From positions 1 through 51,539 of the forward strand of contig CAZCRK010000006.1 in the NCBI GenBank assembly GCA_964501035.1: a stretch of DNA of 51,539 nucleotides, given 5' to 3'. A program made the position numbers and the translations under genes. Numbering within the stretch: the stretch's first letter is position 1; every line of letters starts with the position of its first letter. Below are positions 30,487-40,900 of this stretch, piece after piece. The notes beneath the pieces were generated by a model. It made no database searches. It saw only the letters and a list, made by a program, of their open reading frames with translations, and was not told the origin of the DNA.

Positions 30487-31125
30487 CTAACTTAAATCCT
30501 TTATATAAGGTTTATCATTTTTCCACTCAATTCGTTCTTCACAAAACGCTTTTACAACTTTGGGGTATAATAAGTGCTCAGCTTTTAATACACGTTGTGA
30601 CAAACTTTCAATTGTATCATTTTCTTTAACATTGACTTTTAATTGTGCAATAATTGGACCCGTATCATAATCCTCATCTACATAGTGAACGGTTGGTCCA
30701 GATTCTTTTGCATGGGAATCAAGTACAGCTTTATGCACATTTGATCCAAAATACCCTTTACCACCAAACTCAGGCAATAAGCCCGGGTGGATGTTTAAAA
30801 TCTTTCTGTTATATTTTCGAACAGTTGATTCAGGAATCAACTTCATATACCCGGCCAAAACAATTAAATCTGGTTCTTCAACATCTAGTTCATTGTTCAA
30901 AACAAACTCATATTGTTCAATTTCTGGATACCGTTTTGTATTAATGATAAACGTTCGTATGTTATGTGAAACAGCATATTTTATTGCACCCGAATTAGGA
31001 TTATTACTAATGACCAAAACAATTTCAGCATTAATGCTACCCTGTAAAATTTGACTATGAATGCTTTTAAAATTCGATCCACCCCCTGATGCAAAAATAA
31101 TTATGTTTTTCTTTATATCATTCAC
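30487..31125 (-). CDS. purN: Phosphoribosylglycinamide formyltransferase
   Basis: ASGGGSN, LAGYM, NIHPGLLP and VHYVDEDYDTGPII. Confidence 0.97.
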   Translation of the reverse strand: MNDIKKNIIIFASGGGSNFKSIHSQILQGSINAEIVLVISNNPNSGAIKYAVSHNIRTFIINTKRYPEIEQYEFVLNNELDVEEPDLIVLAGYMKLIPESTVRKYNRKILNIHPGLLPEFGGKGYFGSNVHKAVLDSHAKESGPTVHYVDEDYDTGPIIAQLKVNVKENDTIESLSQRVLKAEHLLYPKVVKAFCEERIEWKNDKPYIKDLS

Positions 31126-31738
31126 TCAATTTTCTTTCAATTTGGACTAATATATCATTAAACTTATCGGTATCAGTATAAATATTAAAATTATCAGTAT
31201 GTACCGTTAACACTTTAATGTTATTAATTCTTTTAATCCATTTATTATAAGATACATTTAAACTGTGTAAGTATTCCGGAGATATACTTTTTTCAAAATC
31301 TCTATTTCTATTTTTTATACGAGAAATAATAGTATCCGTTGATGCTTTTAAATAAATAATCAAATCGGGTTTACATAAAAAATGTGTCATATTTTTAAAG
31401 AGGTTTGTATATGTATCCCAATCTCTTTTTGACATATGTTTCATTTCATACAAATTACGAGCAAATATTTCAACATCTTCATAGATTGTTCTATCTTGAA
31501 TAACACCACTTTTTCTATTTGCAAGTTCCATTTGGCCACCAAATCTATGATGTAAAAAATATATTTGAAGGTTAAAACTCCACCGAGACATATCATCATA
31601 AAAATCACTTAAATATGGGTTGTCAATTACAGATTCATAAATTTCTTCCCATTGAAAATGTTGCCCAACTTTTTCAGTAAATGTTGTTTTGCCAACACCA
31701 ATATTGCCTGCTATCCCAACAAAAGGGAGTTTCTTCAT
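31118..31738 (-). CDS. Deoxynucleoside kinase (Dck/Dgk family)
   Basis: GNIGVGKTT P-loop, NPYLSDFY, QDRTIYED and PDLIIYL. Confidence 0.93.
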   Translation of the reverse strand: MKKLPFVGIAGNIGVGKTTFTEKVGQHFQWEEIYESVIDNPYLSDFYDDMSRWSFNLQIYFLHHRFGGQMELANRKSGVIQDRTIYEDVEIFARNLYEMKHMSKRDWDTYTNLFKNMTHFLCKPDLIIYLKASTDTIISRIKNRNRDFEKSISPEYLHSLNVSYNKWIKRINNIKVLTVHTDNFNIYTDTDKFNDILVQIERKLSE

Positions 31739-33033
31739 GAGGTAATCACTCCATTTACCATCGCATCGTTTGGTGATAAAAGATTTACTTCCTGAATGGA
31801 ATTAACGAATGACTCATTTCCATCAAATTGAACTCGAATATAGTTGTCAGTAAGCCCAAAACAAATTCCTTCTTCACAATTTTCAACTAAGACTTGTCTT
31901 GTGCTATTGAGCTGAGAAGTAAAAAATTGCTCTCTTTTTTTATCAGACAATAATCTTAATGTTTTACTTCTATTTAATCGTTCATGTTTTGAAACTACAG
32001 GTTTCAAGTGTAATGCAGATGTATTTTCACGTTCTGAATATGAAAATATATGACAATATGAAATCATTGATTCTTGAATAAATTGAAGCGATTCTTGAAA
32101 GTCTGAATCCGTTTCACCTGGAAACCCTACAATAACATCGGATGCAATACATGCATCTGGTAATATTGATTTAATTTTTTCAACTCTACTTGTAAACAAT
32201 TCTGTATTATATCTTCGTTGCATTGCTTTTAATGTTTTATCACACCCAGATTGCAATGGAATATGAAAATGAGGTAAAAAGGAGTTTGAACTTGAGATAA
32301 AATCAATAATCTCATCTGTCAAAAGATTAGGTTCAATCGATGAAATCCGTATTCTTGAAATTCCATTAATGACATCCAATTGTTTTATAAGGTCGAAAAA
32401 TGATTCACACCGTCCAACACCAAAATCTCCAATATTCACACCAGTTAATACAATTTCATTGATATCAGTTTTTGCAATTTTTTCTACTAATTTTACAGTA
32501 TTTTGAACAGAATCACTCCGACTTTTTCCACGAGCCATGGGGATTGTACAATAGGTACAAGGATAATCACACCCATCTTGTATCTTTACAAAAGATCGAA
32601 CTCTATCACCTTGTGAATATGAAGGTGTGAATTTTGTTTGTTTTTCTACTGGTGTAGTTTTTACGAGAGTATTTGAATGACCATTTTTTGTTGAAACATA
32701 TTGTTTTACATCAAACTTTTCTGCATTTCCAAGTACTAAGTCCACCCCAGGAATTTGAGCAATTTCACGTGGTTTCAATTGACTATAGCAACCTACTATA
32801 GCTACAAATGCATCGGGAGAATATTGCAAAACATGACGCACTGCTTTTCGTGCTTTTTTATCTGCATTGTCTGTAACAGAACATGTATTTATAACAACTA
32901 CATCTGGTTTGTCAACAATATCAACGCGTGAAAATCCATATTCGCCTAAATCTCTAGCTATTGTAGATGTTTCTGAGAAATTTAATTTACATCCTAATGT
33001 TTGAAAAGCAACTGTTTGAAATGGTGAACTCAT
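31735..33033 (-). CDS. mtaB: tRNA t6A37 methylthiotransferase MtaB
   Basis: TLGCKLNFSE, NTCSVT, radical-SAM KIQDGCDYPCTYC, SSIEP and a C-terminal TRAM-like region (GLTDNY). Confidence 0.94.
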   Translation of the reverse strand: MSSPFQTVAFQTLGCKLNFSETSTIARDLGEYGFSRVDIVDKPDVVVINTCSVTDNADKKARKAVRHVLQYSPDAFVAIVGCYSQLKPREIAQIPGVDLVLGNAEKFDVKQYVSTKNGHSNTLVKTTPVEKQTKFTPSYSQGDRVRSFVKIQDGCDYPCTYCTIPMARGKSRSDSVQNTVKLVEKIAKTDINEIVLTGVNIGDFGVGRCESFFDLIKQLDVINGISRIRISSIEPNLLTDEIIDFISSSNSFLPHFHIPLQSGCDKTLKAMQRRYNTELFTSRVEKIKSILPDACIASDVIVGFPGETDSDFQESLQFIQESMISYCHIFSYSERENTSALHLKPVVSKHERLNRSKTLRLLSDKKREQFFTSQLNSTRQVLVENCEEGICFGLTDNYIRVQFDGNESFVNSIQEVNLLSPNDAMVNGVITS

Positions 33034-33062
33034 TGAATCACAAAATAAAAGTTAATGATTTA

Positions 33063-34073
33063 TTACTCTCCTTCAACCAGATGACATGAAACAAAATGTC
33101 CATTTGATTTTTCATCAAGTATGGGAACAATCCCCTTGCAATCAGAATGAAACTCACCTCCATCAGCAATATGACATCGAGGATGAAACGTACATCCACT
33201 TGGTGGGTTTGATGGACTGGGAACATCGCCCTTGAGTAATATCCGTTGTGGTTTTATATCAGGGTCTGGATTTGGCACAGCAGACATCAACGCCTGTGTG
33301 TATGGGTGTAATGTGTTTTTATAAAGAGCATCCGATTCAGCTATTTCCATAATTTTACCCAAATACATAACCGCAACCCTGTCTGAAATATATTCTACAA
33401 CCGATAAATCATGAGCAATAAACAAATAGGTGAGATTAAATTCGTTTTGCAATTCTTTTAATAAATTAATTACTTGCGCTTGAATAGATACATCCAATGC
33501 TGATACTGCTTCGTCACATACAATTAACTCAGGTTTTACAGATAACGCACGTGCAATACCTATCCGTTGTCGTTGCCCACCTGAGAATTCATGGGGATAT
33601 TTCCCTGCTTGATTACGAGATAATCCTACCACATCTAATAAACGAAATACTTCTTTTTCTACGTCTTCTTTTGGAACAATTTTATGCACCTGCAATGCTT
33701 CTGAAAGCATATTTCCAACAGTCATTCGCGGGTTTAAAGAGCTATATGGGTCTTGGAAAATAATTTGCATTTTTCGACGGAGTGGACGTAATTCCTTTGA
33801 GCTAAAATTAGTAATATCTTGTCCATTAAATTGTATAATACCATCCGTAGGTTCAAGTAAGCGAAGCAGTGTTCTTCCGACGGTAGTTTTACCACAACCT
33901 GACTCACCAACTAGACCAAGAGTTTCCCCTTTGTAGAGATTAAAAGATACACCATCAACTGCTTTTACATGTCCTTCAATACGTGAAAATAAACCCGAAC
34001 GAATTGGAAAATATTTTTTCAAATCGTTTACTTGCACCAGTATTTCTTTAGGTGATTGTGGTTTTGAGTTCAA
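33063..34073 (-). CDS. Oligo/dipeptide ABC transporter ATP-binding subunit (OppF/DppF-like)
   Basis: [31 protein letters not shown] and C-terminal [10 protein letters not shown]...C...CH Cys motif. TTG start. Confidence 0.95.
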   Translation of the reverse strand: MNSKPQSPKEILVQVNDLKKYFPIRSGLFSRIEGHVKAVDGVSFNLYKGETLGLVGESGCGKTTVGRTLLRLLEPTDGIIQFNGQDITNFSSKELRPLRRKMQIIFQDPYSSLNPRMTVGNMLSEALQVHKIVPKEDVEKEVFRLLDVVGLSRNQAGKYPHEFSGGQRQRIGIARALSVKPELIVCDEAVSALDVSIQAQVINLLKELQNEFNLTYLFIAHDLSVVEYISDRVAVMYLGKIMEIAESDALYKNTLHPYTQALMSAVPNPDPDIKPQRILLKGDVPSPSNPPSGCTFHPRCHIADGGEFHSDCKGIVPILDEKSNGHFVSCHLVEGE

Positions 34074-34105
34074 CAGTTGATTATCCGCCTAGAAAATGAA
34101 GACGA

Positions 34106-34135
34106 AATTTAACTGTGTTTATATTGTTAATTCAA
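34106..34135 (-). promoter_or_regulatory. Putative sigma70 promoter of the ABC ATPase-mtaB-pur-mre run
   Basis: TTGAAT-N18-TAAATT. Confidence 0.45.
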
Positions 34136-34210
34136 TAAGTGAATTGAATTATTTGGAGAGAACAATTTTTAAATAGTTTTAACTATTATTAAAATTTTAC
34201 TACAATGCAA

Positions 34211-34240
34211 TGTAGAGGCACAAAATTTTGTGCCTCTACA
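34211..34240. repeat. Perfect 30-bp palindrome, GTAG-type REP-like
   Basis: TGTAGAGGCACAAAATTTTGTGCCTCTACA, 18 nt after the ftsZ stop. The palindrome is certain; the REP identity is inferred. Confidence 0.7.
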
Positions 34241-34258
34241 ACAAAAGGGGTAATCTAT

Positions 34259-35473
34259 TTAACGTCTTCTATTTCTGATGAATGCTGGTACATCCAAATC
34301 ATCACCAAAAGTCATGATTTCACCTTCTTCTTCAGTTTGGTCATTTTTTTCACCGGCTTGTGGAGCATCGAACAATGTTGAATCTGCTTCAATGTTTGAT
34401 GTTTGAGTTTGAAATGCTGGCGCTACTTTTTCTTCCTGTTTGCTTTGAGTAAATTCAGTATAAGTTGGTGTCCTAAACTGGTTACTCACATTACTTTCAC
34501 CAAATGAAGTTTGATCTTGGTTTAGACCTGTCGCAATTACAGTAACACGTATTTCATCAGTCATTTGACTATCTAAAACACAACCCAGTATTACATTTGC
34601 ATCTTCACCTGCTTCTTCATAAATGATACTAGAAGCATCATTAAGTTCATGAATGGTCATACTTTCTGGTCCAGTTATATTGACCAATAATCCCTGTGCG
34701 CCTTTAATACTTGCATCTTGAAGAAGTGGTGAGTTAATGGCTTGTTGAGAAGCTAAAATCGCCCGTTCTTCACCATGTGCAATACCAGTACCCATAATTG
34801 CATCACCCATATTTTCCATTACTGTTTTAACATCAGCAAAATCAAGGTTGATTAACCCAGGAATATTGATTAAATCTGAAATTCCTTTTGTTGCCTGATG
34901 CAATACACTATCAGCTAATTTGAATGATTCAGTTACAGTTGTATTATCATCGGTAATTTCAAGAAGAGTTTCATTTGGAATTGCAAGCAATGTATCACAA
35001 CTTTTTTTCATTTCTTCAATACCCTGTAGAGCACGTTTCTTCCGGATTGGACCCTCAAATGCAAATGGTTTGGTTACAATACCTACAGTTAGAGCTCCTA
35101 ACTCTTTGGATATATTTGCAATTGCAGGTGCTGCACCTGTACCAGTACCACCTCCCATTCCTGCAGTAATAAACACCATATCTGCAGTTTCTAAAGTTTT
35201 TACAATTACTTCTTTATTTTCTTCAACAGCATTGCGTCCAACTTCTGAATTTGCACCAGCTCCAAGCCCTTTCGTAAGCTCTTTACCAATTTGTAATTTA
35301 ACTTGGGAATTATTATTGTCCAAGTCCTGTGCATCTGTGTTTACTGCGATGAATTCAACCGTGTTCATTCCGCCCACAATCATTCTATTGAGTGCGTTTC
35401 CGCCACCGCCTCCAACACCAACTACTACTATCTTCGCTTTTTGATCTGTTAAGTCAACAGGTTCAAATAACAT
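34259..35473 (-). CDS. ftsZ: Cell division GTPase FtsZ
   Basis: GVGGGGGNA, GMGGGTGTG tubulin signature, INLDFADV and C-terminal LDVPAFIR. Confidence 0.99.
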   Translation of the reverse strand: MLFEPVDLTDQKAKIVVVGVGGGGGNALNRMIVGGMNTVEFIAVNTDAQDLDNNNSQVKLQIGKELTKGLGAGANSEVGRNAVEENKEVIVKTLETADMVFITAGMGGGTGTGAAPAIANISKELGALTVGIVTKPFAFEGPIRKKRALQGIEEMKKSCDTLLAIPNETLLEITDDNTTVTESFKLADSVLHQATKGISDLINIPGLINLDFADVKTVMENMGDAIMGTGIAHGEERAILASQQAINSPLLQDASIKGAQGLLVNITGPESMTIHELNDASSIIYEEAGEDANVILGCVLDSQMTDEIRVTVIATGLNQDQTSFGESNVSNQFRTPTYTEFTQSKQEEKVAPAFQTQTSNIEADSTLFDAPQAGEKNDQTEEEGEIMTFGDDLDVPAFIRNRRR

Positions 35474-35496
35474 GAGTTACCCCCTTTTGTTTGTTG

Positions 35497-36759
35497 TTAA
35501 TACCAAGTTTTAAAAAAATTCTTAATTTTTGAAAATATATCTAAAAACAATGAATTTAACTTCATCTTTTCATTATCTACTCTGTCTTCCCACTGATGAT
35601 GCCCATAGTGAATTAATCCAACTGCAGTTGCATAACGTGGATTATTCACTTCATCAGAAATCCCTCCAGTTAAATTTGGACATCCCATTTTTACGACTTG
35701 TTGGAATACATCCTGTGCTAAATCTGTAATATGATTTAGTTTTGAACCACCTCCAGTAAGTACAATGCCAAATGTAAACTCACCTGGAAACTCACTTTTT
35801 CGAATTTCATATTGCGCAAGCTTGAATATTTCTTCCATTCTCGGTTCAATAATTTCTGCAAGTTCTTTTTGTGAAATTGTTTTTGATTCTCTGCCACTTG
35901 TTCCTTTAATGGTTATTGCTTCTTCAGGACTCGAAAGAGCTACCTTTGCAGAACCATATTCACATTTTAGCTTTTCAGCAGATTCGTATGTAGTTTGAAC
36001 TCCGTAGGCAATATCTTTCGTAATATTATCCCCACCTAGTGGAATAGCTCCTGCATGCAAAACCGCATCATCATGAAATACAATGACATCTGAAGTCCCA
36101 CCTCCAATATCAATTAATATTACTCCGAGATTTCGTTCATTTTTATCTAGTACAGAATAGGATGATGCTAGTGGTTCTAAAATAAATCCATCTACCTCAA
36201 TACCTGCTTTTTCCATACACGTACGTAAATCTTTTTCTGTATTGATTGCACTTGTTACCAAATGCACTTTTGCCTCTAACCTATGTCCAGACAACCCTAA
36301 GGGATTCTTTATTCCACCCTTATCATCCACTTTGAATTCTTGAGGGAGGACATGTAAAATTCTTCTATCAGGAGATAAATTAATCATTTGAGCATGCTCG
36401 TGTACTCTATCAATATCTCCCTGTGAAATTTCATGACCAATTGGTTGGCGATTTGAATTTTTACTGACCGTTATTACACCTGAATAATTTATCCCTTTGA
36501 TATGGTCTCCTGTTAGACCAACAAATGCTGATTCGACCTCAACATCTGCTTGTTTTTCTGCATCTGTAACAGCTTTTCTAATTGAAGAAAGCGTTTCTTG
36601 AATGTCAACAACAACTCCACGTTTTAAGCCCTGTGAAACGCTTGTTCCCACTCCTAAAATTTTCATTTGTTCATCTTCGTTCGAACATTGTGCAATAACA
36701 ACAGCAATTTTAGTTGTTCCAATATCAATACCAGTTATTATATACTTATCATCTCTCAT
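35497..36759 (-). CDS. ftsA: Cell division protein FtsA
   Basis: GIDIGTTKI, DIGGGTSD, LTGGGS, PRYATAVGL and an amphipathic C-terminus. Confidence 0.98.
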   Translation of the reverse strand: MRDDKYIITGIDIGTTKIAVVIAQCSNEDEQMKILGVGTSVSQGLKRGVVVDIQETLSSIRKAVTDAEKQADVEVESAFVGLTGDHIKGINYSGVITVSKNSNRQPIGHEISQGDIDRVHEHAQMINLSPDRRILHVLPQEFKVDDKGGIKNPLGLSGHRLEAKVHLVTSAINTEKDLRTCMEKAGIEVDGFILEPLASSYSVLDKNERNLGVILIDIGGGTSDVIVFHDDAVLHAGAIPLGGDNITKDIAYGVQTTYESAEKLKCEYGSAKVALSSPEEAITIKGTSGRESKTISQKELAEIIEPRMEEIFKLAQYEIRKSEFPGEFTFGIVLTGGGSKLNHITDLAQDVFQQVVKMGCPNLTGGISDEVNNPRYATAVGLIHYGHHQWEDRVDNEKMKLNSLFLDIFSKIKNFFKTWY

Positions 36760-37496
36760 GAATTATATCTGCGTCCTCTCTCTTTGACTATAACTTGGTT
36801 TGGAATACGAAGGTCAATAAATGAATAATTTTTCATCTCTTTTACATGTTTTACGGTCCGTAAAAATTCTCTTAACAAAATCATTTTATCCAAAATTTCA
36901 TTACTACCTAAATAAATGTTTGTACGATTATCACTAACAAAAACATATTCATCTTTTATATTATTGAATTCACTCATTTCTAAATATAATTCTGGATAAA
37001 ATTTCATCATTGTAATGACAGTTGATACCATTTCATCTTCTGAAATAGTGTTGTTTTTTTCAAAATTGATAACTGGAACTGGATAATTGTTTATTGCTTT
37101 ATTTGATGCTGGAAGTAACTCGTGATGTTTATCAACCATAAATAAATTATTCCCATCATTTAAAAGTACAACTGGTTCTCTTTCAACGACCTCTACAACA
37201 ACTGTAGAGGGAAGAATTCTATACACTTTGGTTGTTTGAATGTATTCAATTTCATTCACAGCAGATTGAATGTTTTCTAAATCTATTTCAAACAGAGATA
37301 TTAGAGAATTTTTGTTTATTTTTTCTAATATTGAATTGGTAGTTACAAACGTATTTCCAACAACTGAAATTTTATCAACATTAAACAATTGAATATGATT
37401 TGAATATGTTGATACACACCAAATTGTAGTGATAAAAGCTATTACTTGAACAAGTTTAGGGAACCAATATTTAATTTTTGACAAGAAGTTATCCAT
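36756..37496 (-). CDS. ftsQ: Cell division protein FtsQ/DivIB
   Basis: N-terminal TM, POTRA region, RILPSTVVVEVVEREP and IDLR; lies before ftsA. Confidence 0.9.
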   Translation of the reverse strand: MDNFLSKIKYWFPKLVQVIAFITTIWCVSTYSNHIQLFNVDKISVVGNTFVTTNSILEKINKNSLISLFEIDLENIQSAVNEIEYIQTTKVYRILPSTVVVEVVEREPVVLLNDGNNLFMVDKHHELLPASNKAINNYPVPVINFEKNNTISEDEMVSTVITMMKFYPELYLEMSEFNNIKDEYVFVSDNRTNIYLGSNEILDKMILLREFLRTVKHVKEMKNYSFIDLRIPNQVIVKERGRRYNS

Positions 37497-38430
37497 TTAA
37501 TAAACCCTTTACAGTAGAATCATTGAATCCCAACAACTTGATTTCTAGTTCTAGTTTGATATTAAATTTCTTGGCAACTTCATTTCTAGCTAATCTAATT
37601 AATGAAACAATATTGTTAGATGTAGCTTGCTTTTTATTCACAATAAAATTTGCATGTTTATTGGAAATTTCTGCATCCCCTGATTTCGTTTTTTTCAAAC
37701 CCGTCTGATCAATTAAATATCCTGCAGACATCTTATCTGATGGATTTTTGAAAATACTACCAGCTGATCTAAATTTTAATGGTTGGTTTTTCTTCCGAAT
37801 CTGTTTTGATTCTTTTAATTTTTCATTGATACTTTCAATATCACTACTCATACATTGAAACGTTGCATTTAATAAGATTTCATCCGGTGGAAATGTTGAA
37901 AAACGATATGCAAATTTTATATCATTATTAGTGTATTCTTTCAAAGTACCTTTAAATGAAATCATAGATGCAGATTCAAAATAGTTTGAAATTTCTGACC
38001 CAAATGCACCTGCATTCATGATAAGTGCTCCACCCACTGTACCAGGTACTCCGTGTAAGCTTTCTAAACCACCTATTCCTTTTTTGACAGCATTATTTAC
38101 CATTTTTCCTAAGATAACACCTGCATCAACTTTAATTTTATTTTCAGCACTTATTTCTAAAGACTTAAATGTTTTCTGAAGACAAATAACTATACCGTCA
38201 ATTCCAGTATCACTCACAAGCACATTTGACCCAGAACCAATTACGAAAACTTCAATTTTATGCGTTTGTGCATATTGTAAAATGGTAATTAATTCGTCAA
38301 TATTCTTGGGGTATGCCAAACATTTTACAGGGCCACCAATTCCAAACGTTGTATGTTTATACATTGGTTCATTTAGAAGCACACTATCTTCCAGTAAATT
38401 TTGAATTGCTATTTGATGTGATTTGTTCAT
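37489..38430 (-). CDS. murB: UDP-N-acetylenolpyruvoylglucosamine reductase
   Basis: HTTFGIGG, GSGSNVL, PGTVGGALIMNAGA, SAGSIFKNP and HANF. Confidence 0.97.
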   Translation of the reverse strand: MNKSHQIAIQNLLEDSVLLNEPMYKHTTFGIGGPVKCLAYPKNIDELITILQYAQTHKIEVFVIGSGSNVLVSDTGIDGIVICLQKTFKSLEISAENKIKVDAGVILGKMVNNAVKKGIGGLESLHGVPGTVGGALIMNAGAFGSEISNYFESASMISFKGTLKEYTNNDIKFAYRFSTFPPDEILLNATFQCMSSDIESINEKLKESKQIRKKNQPLKFRSAGSIFKNPSDKMSAGYLIDQTGLKKTKSGDAEISNKHANFIVNKKQATSNNIVSLIRLARNEVAKKFNIKLELEIKLLGFNDSTVKGLLNG

Positions 38431-39803
38431 GAATTTAACTCTTCAAAAATAGGCTTTGCTTGTCTCCAAATGCTTCCTGCCCCCATGGTAATAATCATAT
38501 CATTCTTTTGAGCAATTTGCTTTACAAATGTAGGAATTTTTTCAACTTTATCAATAAAGTGTACGTGTTTATGGCCAAATATTTTTGCACTTTCTGATAT
38601 TAACTGTCCAGTTATACCTTCAATGGGTTTTTCACGTGCAGGAAAAATTTCGGTCACAATTAACACATCTGCAATTTGGAATGCTCTTGCAAAATCTTTA
38701 TAAAAATCACGGGTTCGAGTAAATAAATGAGGTTGAAAAATAGCAATAATTCGTTTATCCCATCCTGAAGATGCTGCTGTCAATGTTGCTTCAACCTCTG
38801 TGGGATGATGTGCATAATCATCAACTATTGTTATATTATCTTGAGTAGTATGTAAAATTTCAAACCTTCTTCTAACTCCAGCATATTTTTCTAACCCACG
38901 TTGAATAAGTGAAAATTCAATATCTAATTCAAGACAAATTGCAATAGCAGATAGAGCATTTTCAATATTGTGTTTACCAGGCGTATTTAAAATGATTTTT
39001 CCTAGATTTGTATTGTTTACAACAACATCAAAATGAGATGTATTATTTTCAAAATGTACATTTTGTGCTCTAACATCAGCTTGCTGAGAAAAACCGTATG
39101 TTACAATTGGACGTTTTATTGATGGGAAAATGTTTTGAATATTTTCTTTATCAATACACACTATTACTTTACCGTAAAATGGAACTGAGTTTACAAATTG
39201 ACTGAATGTGTTTTGTAAATCTGTTAAATTTTCATAACAATCTAAATGCTCTAAATCAAGATTGGTTATGACTGCCATGGTGGGTTGCAACGATAAAAAT
39301 GTTCTATCAAACTCATCTGCTTCAACAACAATTATATCACCCTTTCCTGAAATTGCATTGGTTTGAAATTTATTCACAATTCCACCGATGACAAGCGTTG
39401 GGTCTAAGTCTGTTTCAGTTAAAATTGAACCCAACATTGATGAGGAAGTAGTTTTTCCATGAGTGCCTGATATTGCAATGCTTGTTTTCTTTAATTTTAA
39501 CAATTCACCCAACATTTCTGCACGTCTTATTACAGGAATATTTCTACGTTGTGCTTCAATAACTTCAGGGTTATCAAGTTTAACTGCAGAAGAATACACA
39601 ACTACATCTGCATTTGTAATGTTTTTTCTTGAATGTCCCTCATATACTTTAATTCCCAGTGATTGTAGATAGGTAGTCCTGTCTGAAACTGCTTGATCGG
39701 ACCCAGTCATGTTGAATCCTAGTTTAAACAACAGTTCAGCCATACCACTCATTCCAATGCCACCAATGCCAATAAAATGTATAGTTTGAGTTTTGCCAAG
39801 CAT
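38427..39803 (-). CDS. murC: UDP-N-acetylmuramate-L-alanine ligase
   Basis: HFIGIGGIGMSG, GTHGKTT, EADE, DDYAHHPTE and FQPH. Confidence 0.98.
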   Translation of the reverse strand: MLGKTQTIHFIGIGGIGMSGMAELLFKLGFNMTGSDQAVSDRTTYLQSLGIKVYEGHSRKNITNADVVVYSSAVKLDNPEVIEAQRRNIPVIRRAEMLGELLKLKKTSIAISGTHGKTTSSSMLGSILTETDLDPTLVIGGIVNKFQTNAISGKGDIIVVEADEFDRTFLSLQPTMAVITNLDLEHLDCYENLTDLQNTFSQFVNSVPFYGKVIVCIDKENIQNIFPSIKRPIVTYGFSQQADVRAQNVHFENNTSHFDVVVNNTNLGKIILNTPGKHNIENALSAIAICLELDIEFSLIQRGLEKYAGVRRRFEILHTTQDNITIVDDYAHHPTEVEATLTAASSGWDKRIIAIFQPHLFTRTRDFYKDFARAFQIADVLIVTEIFPAREKPIEGITGQLISESAKIFGHKHVHFIDKVEKIPTFVKQIAQKNDMIITMGAGSIWRQAKPIFEELNS

Positions 39804-40900
39804 TAGATTTTTGCTATCCTTAATATTTGTGAAACAATGGTTTCAGTGGCTTCGGGTTTTCCGAGTTTCAACGCATTTTTACTCATTAATTTTCGTTTAT
39901 TTTCATCTCTTAAAATTGAAAATACTAATTCTTCTAATTTACCAGAAGCTAAATCATTTTGTTCAACCATTTCAGCAGCTTTCAATTTTGCAAGACTCAT
40001 TGCATTTTTATATTGGTGATTTCCAGCTGCATTTGGGAATGGTACTAACACCATTATTTTACCCATTATAGTCATTTCAGATAATGCTAACGCACCTGCC
40101 CTTGAGATTACTATATCTGCTGATGAATAAGCAACATCCATATCATAAATAAATGATTTTAGATAAACATCAGTTTTATCCACCTCTTGATTTATAACTT
40201 CATAATCCAGCTTCCCACATTGCCAAACAATTTGAACATCTTTTTCTAAGTACTTCTTGTAATTTGCTCTAAAATGATTATTTAATGGCCTAGAACCTTG
40301 ACTACCACCTAGAATAAAAATCGTTTGTTTATTTTCATCAATACCCATTTGTTTTCGAGCAACAACTTGTTCAATCTTTTTCATTCCTTTTCTAACAGGA
40401 TTTCCTGTTAACACAACATTGTTTGAATCAATATATTGTGATGCATCAGAATATGCAATACAGATACTCTCAGCCTTTTTTGCTAATTTTCTTGTCGTAA
40501 TTCCCGGAAATGAATTTTGCTCTTGAATTAATGTTTTCTTTTTTAAATGCGTGGCAGCCAACAAAGGTAACCCGGAAGAATATCCACCAGTACCTATAAC
40601 AACATCTGGATTAAATGTTTTAACAAAATTTCTAGCAGTCAAATAAGAACTCACCAATCGAAATGGAAATAATACATTTTTAATTATTGAGGATATTGAA
40701 AAGGAGCGTTGAATTCCACGAATATTTAATAATAGGGGAGTTTCATTTCTTTTCGGTAAAATAGTTGCCTCAATTCCATACTGTGAGCCAGCATATTTTA
40801 CACTCGTTCCCTTTTCTTTCAGAGCATCTCCAATCGCAATTGCAGGGAACAAATGCCCACCAGTTCCTCCACCTGCAATGAGTACTTTCAGCTTACTCAT
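39803..40900 (-). CDS. murG: Lipid II GlcNAc transferase MurG
   Basis: GGGTGGHLFP, QEQN, GNPVR, GGSQG and SRAGA. Start reset to ATG 40900. Confidence 0.97.
   Translation of the reverse strand: MSKLKVLIAGGGTGGHLFPAIAIGDALKEKGTSVKYAGSQYGIEATILPKRNETPLLLNIRGIQRSFSISSIIKNVLFPFRLVSSYLTARNFVKTFNPDVVIGTGGYSSGLPLLAATHLKKKTLIQEQNSFPGITTRKLAKKAESICIAYSDASQYIDSNNVVLTGNPVRKGMKKIEQVVARKQMGIDENKQTIFILGGSQGSRPLNNHFRANYKKYLEKDVQIVWQCGKLDYEVINQEVDKTDVYLKSFIYDMDVAYSSADIVISRAGALALSEMTIMGKIMVLVPFPNAAGNHQYKNAMSLAKLKAAEMVEQNDLASGKLEELVFSILRDENKRKLMSKNALKLGKPEATETIVSQILRIAKI

Noticed and set aside
34172..34187. Inverted repeat AATAGTT-TT-AACTATT
   Set aside because: Almost all A/T in an AT-rich spacer, so likely chance.
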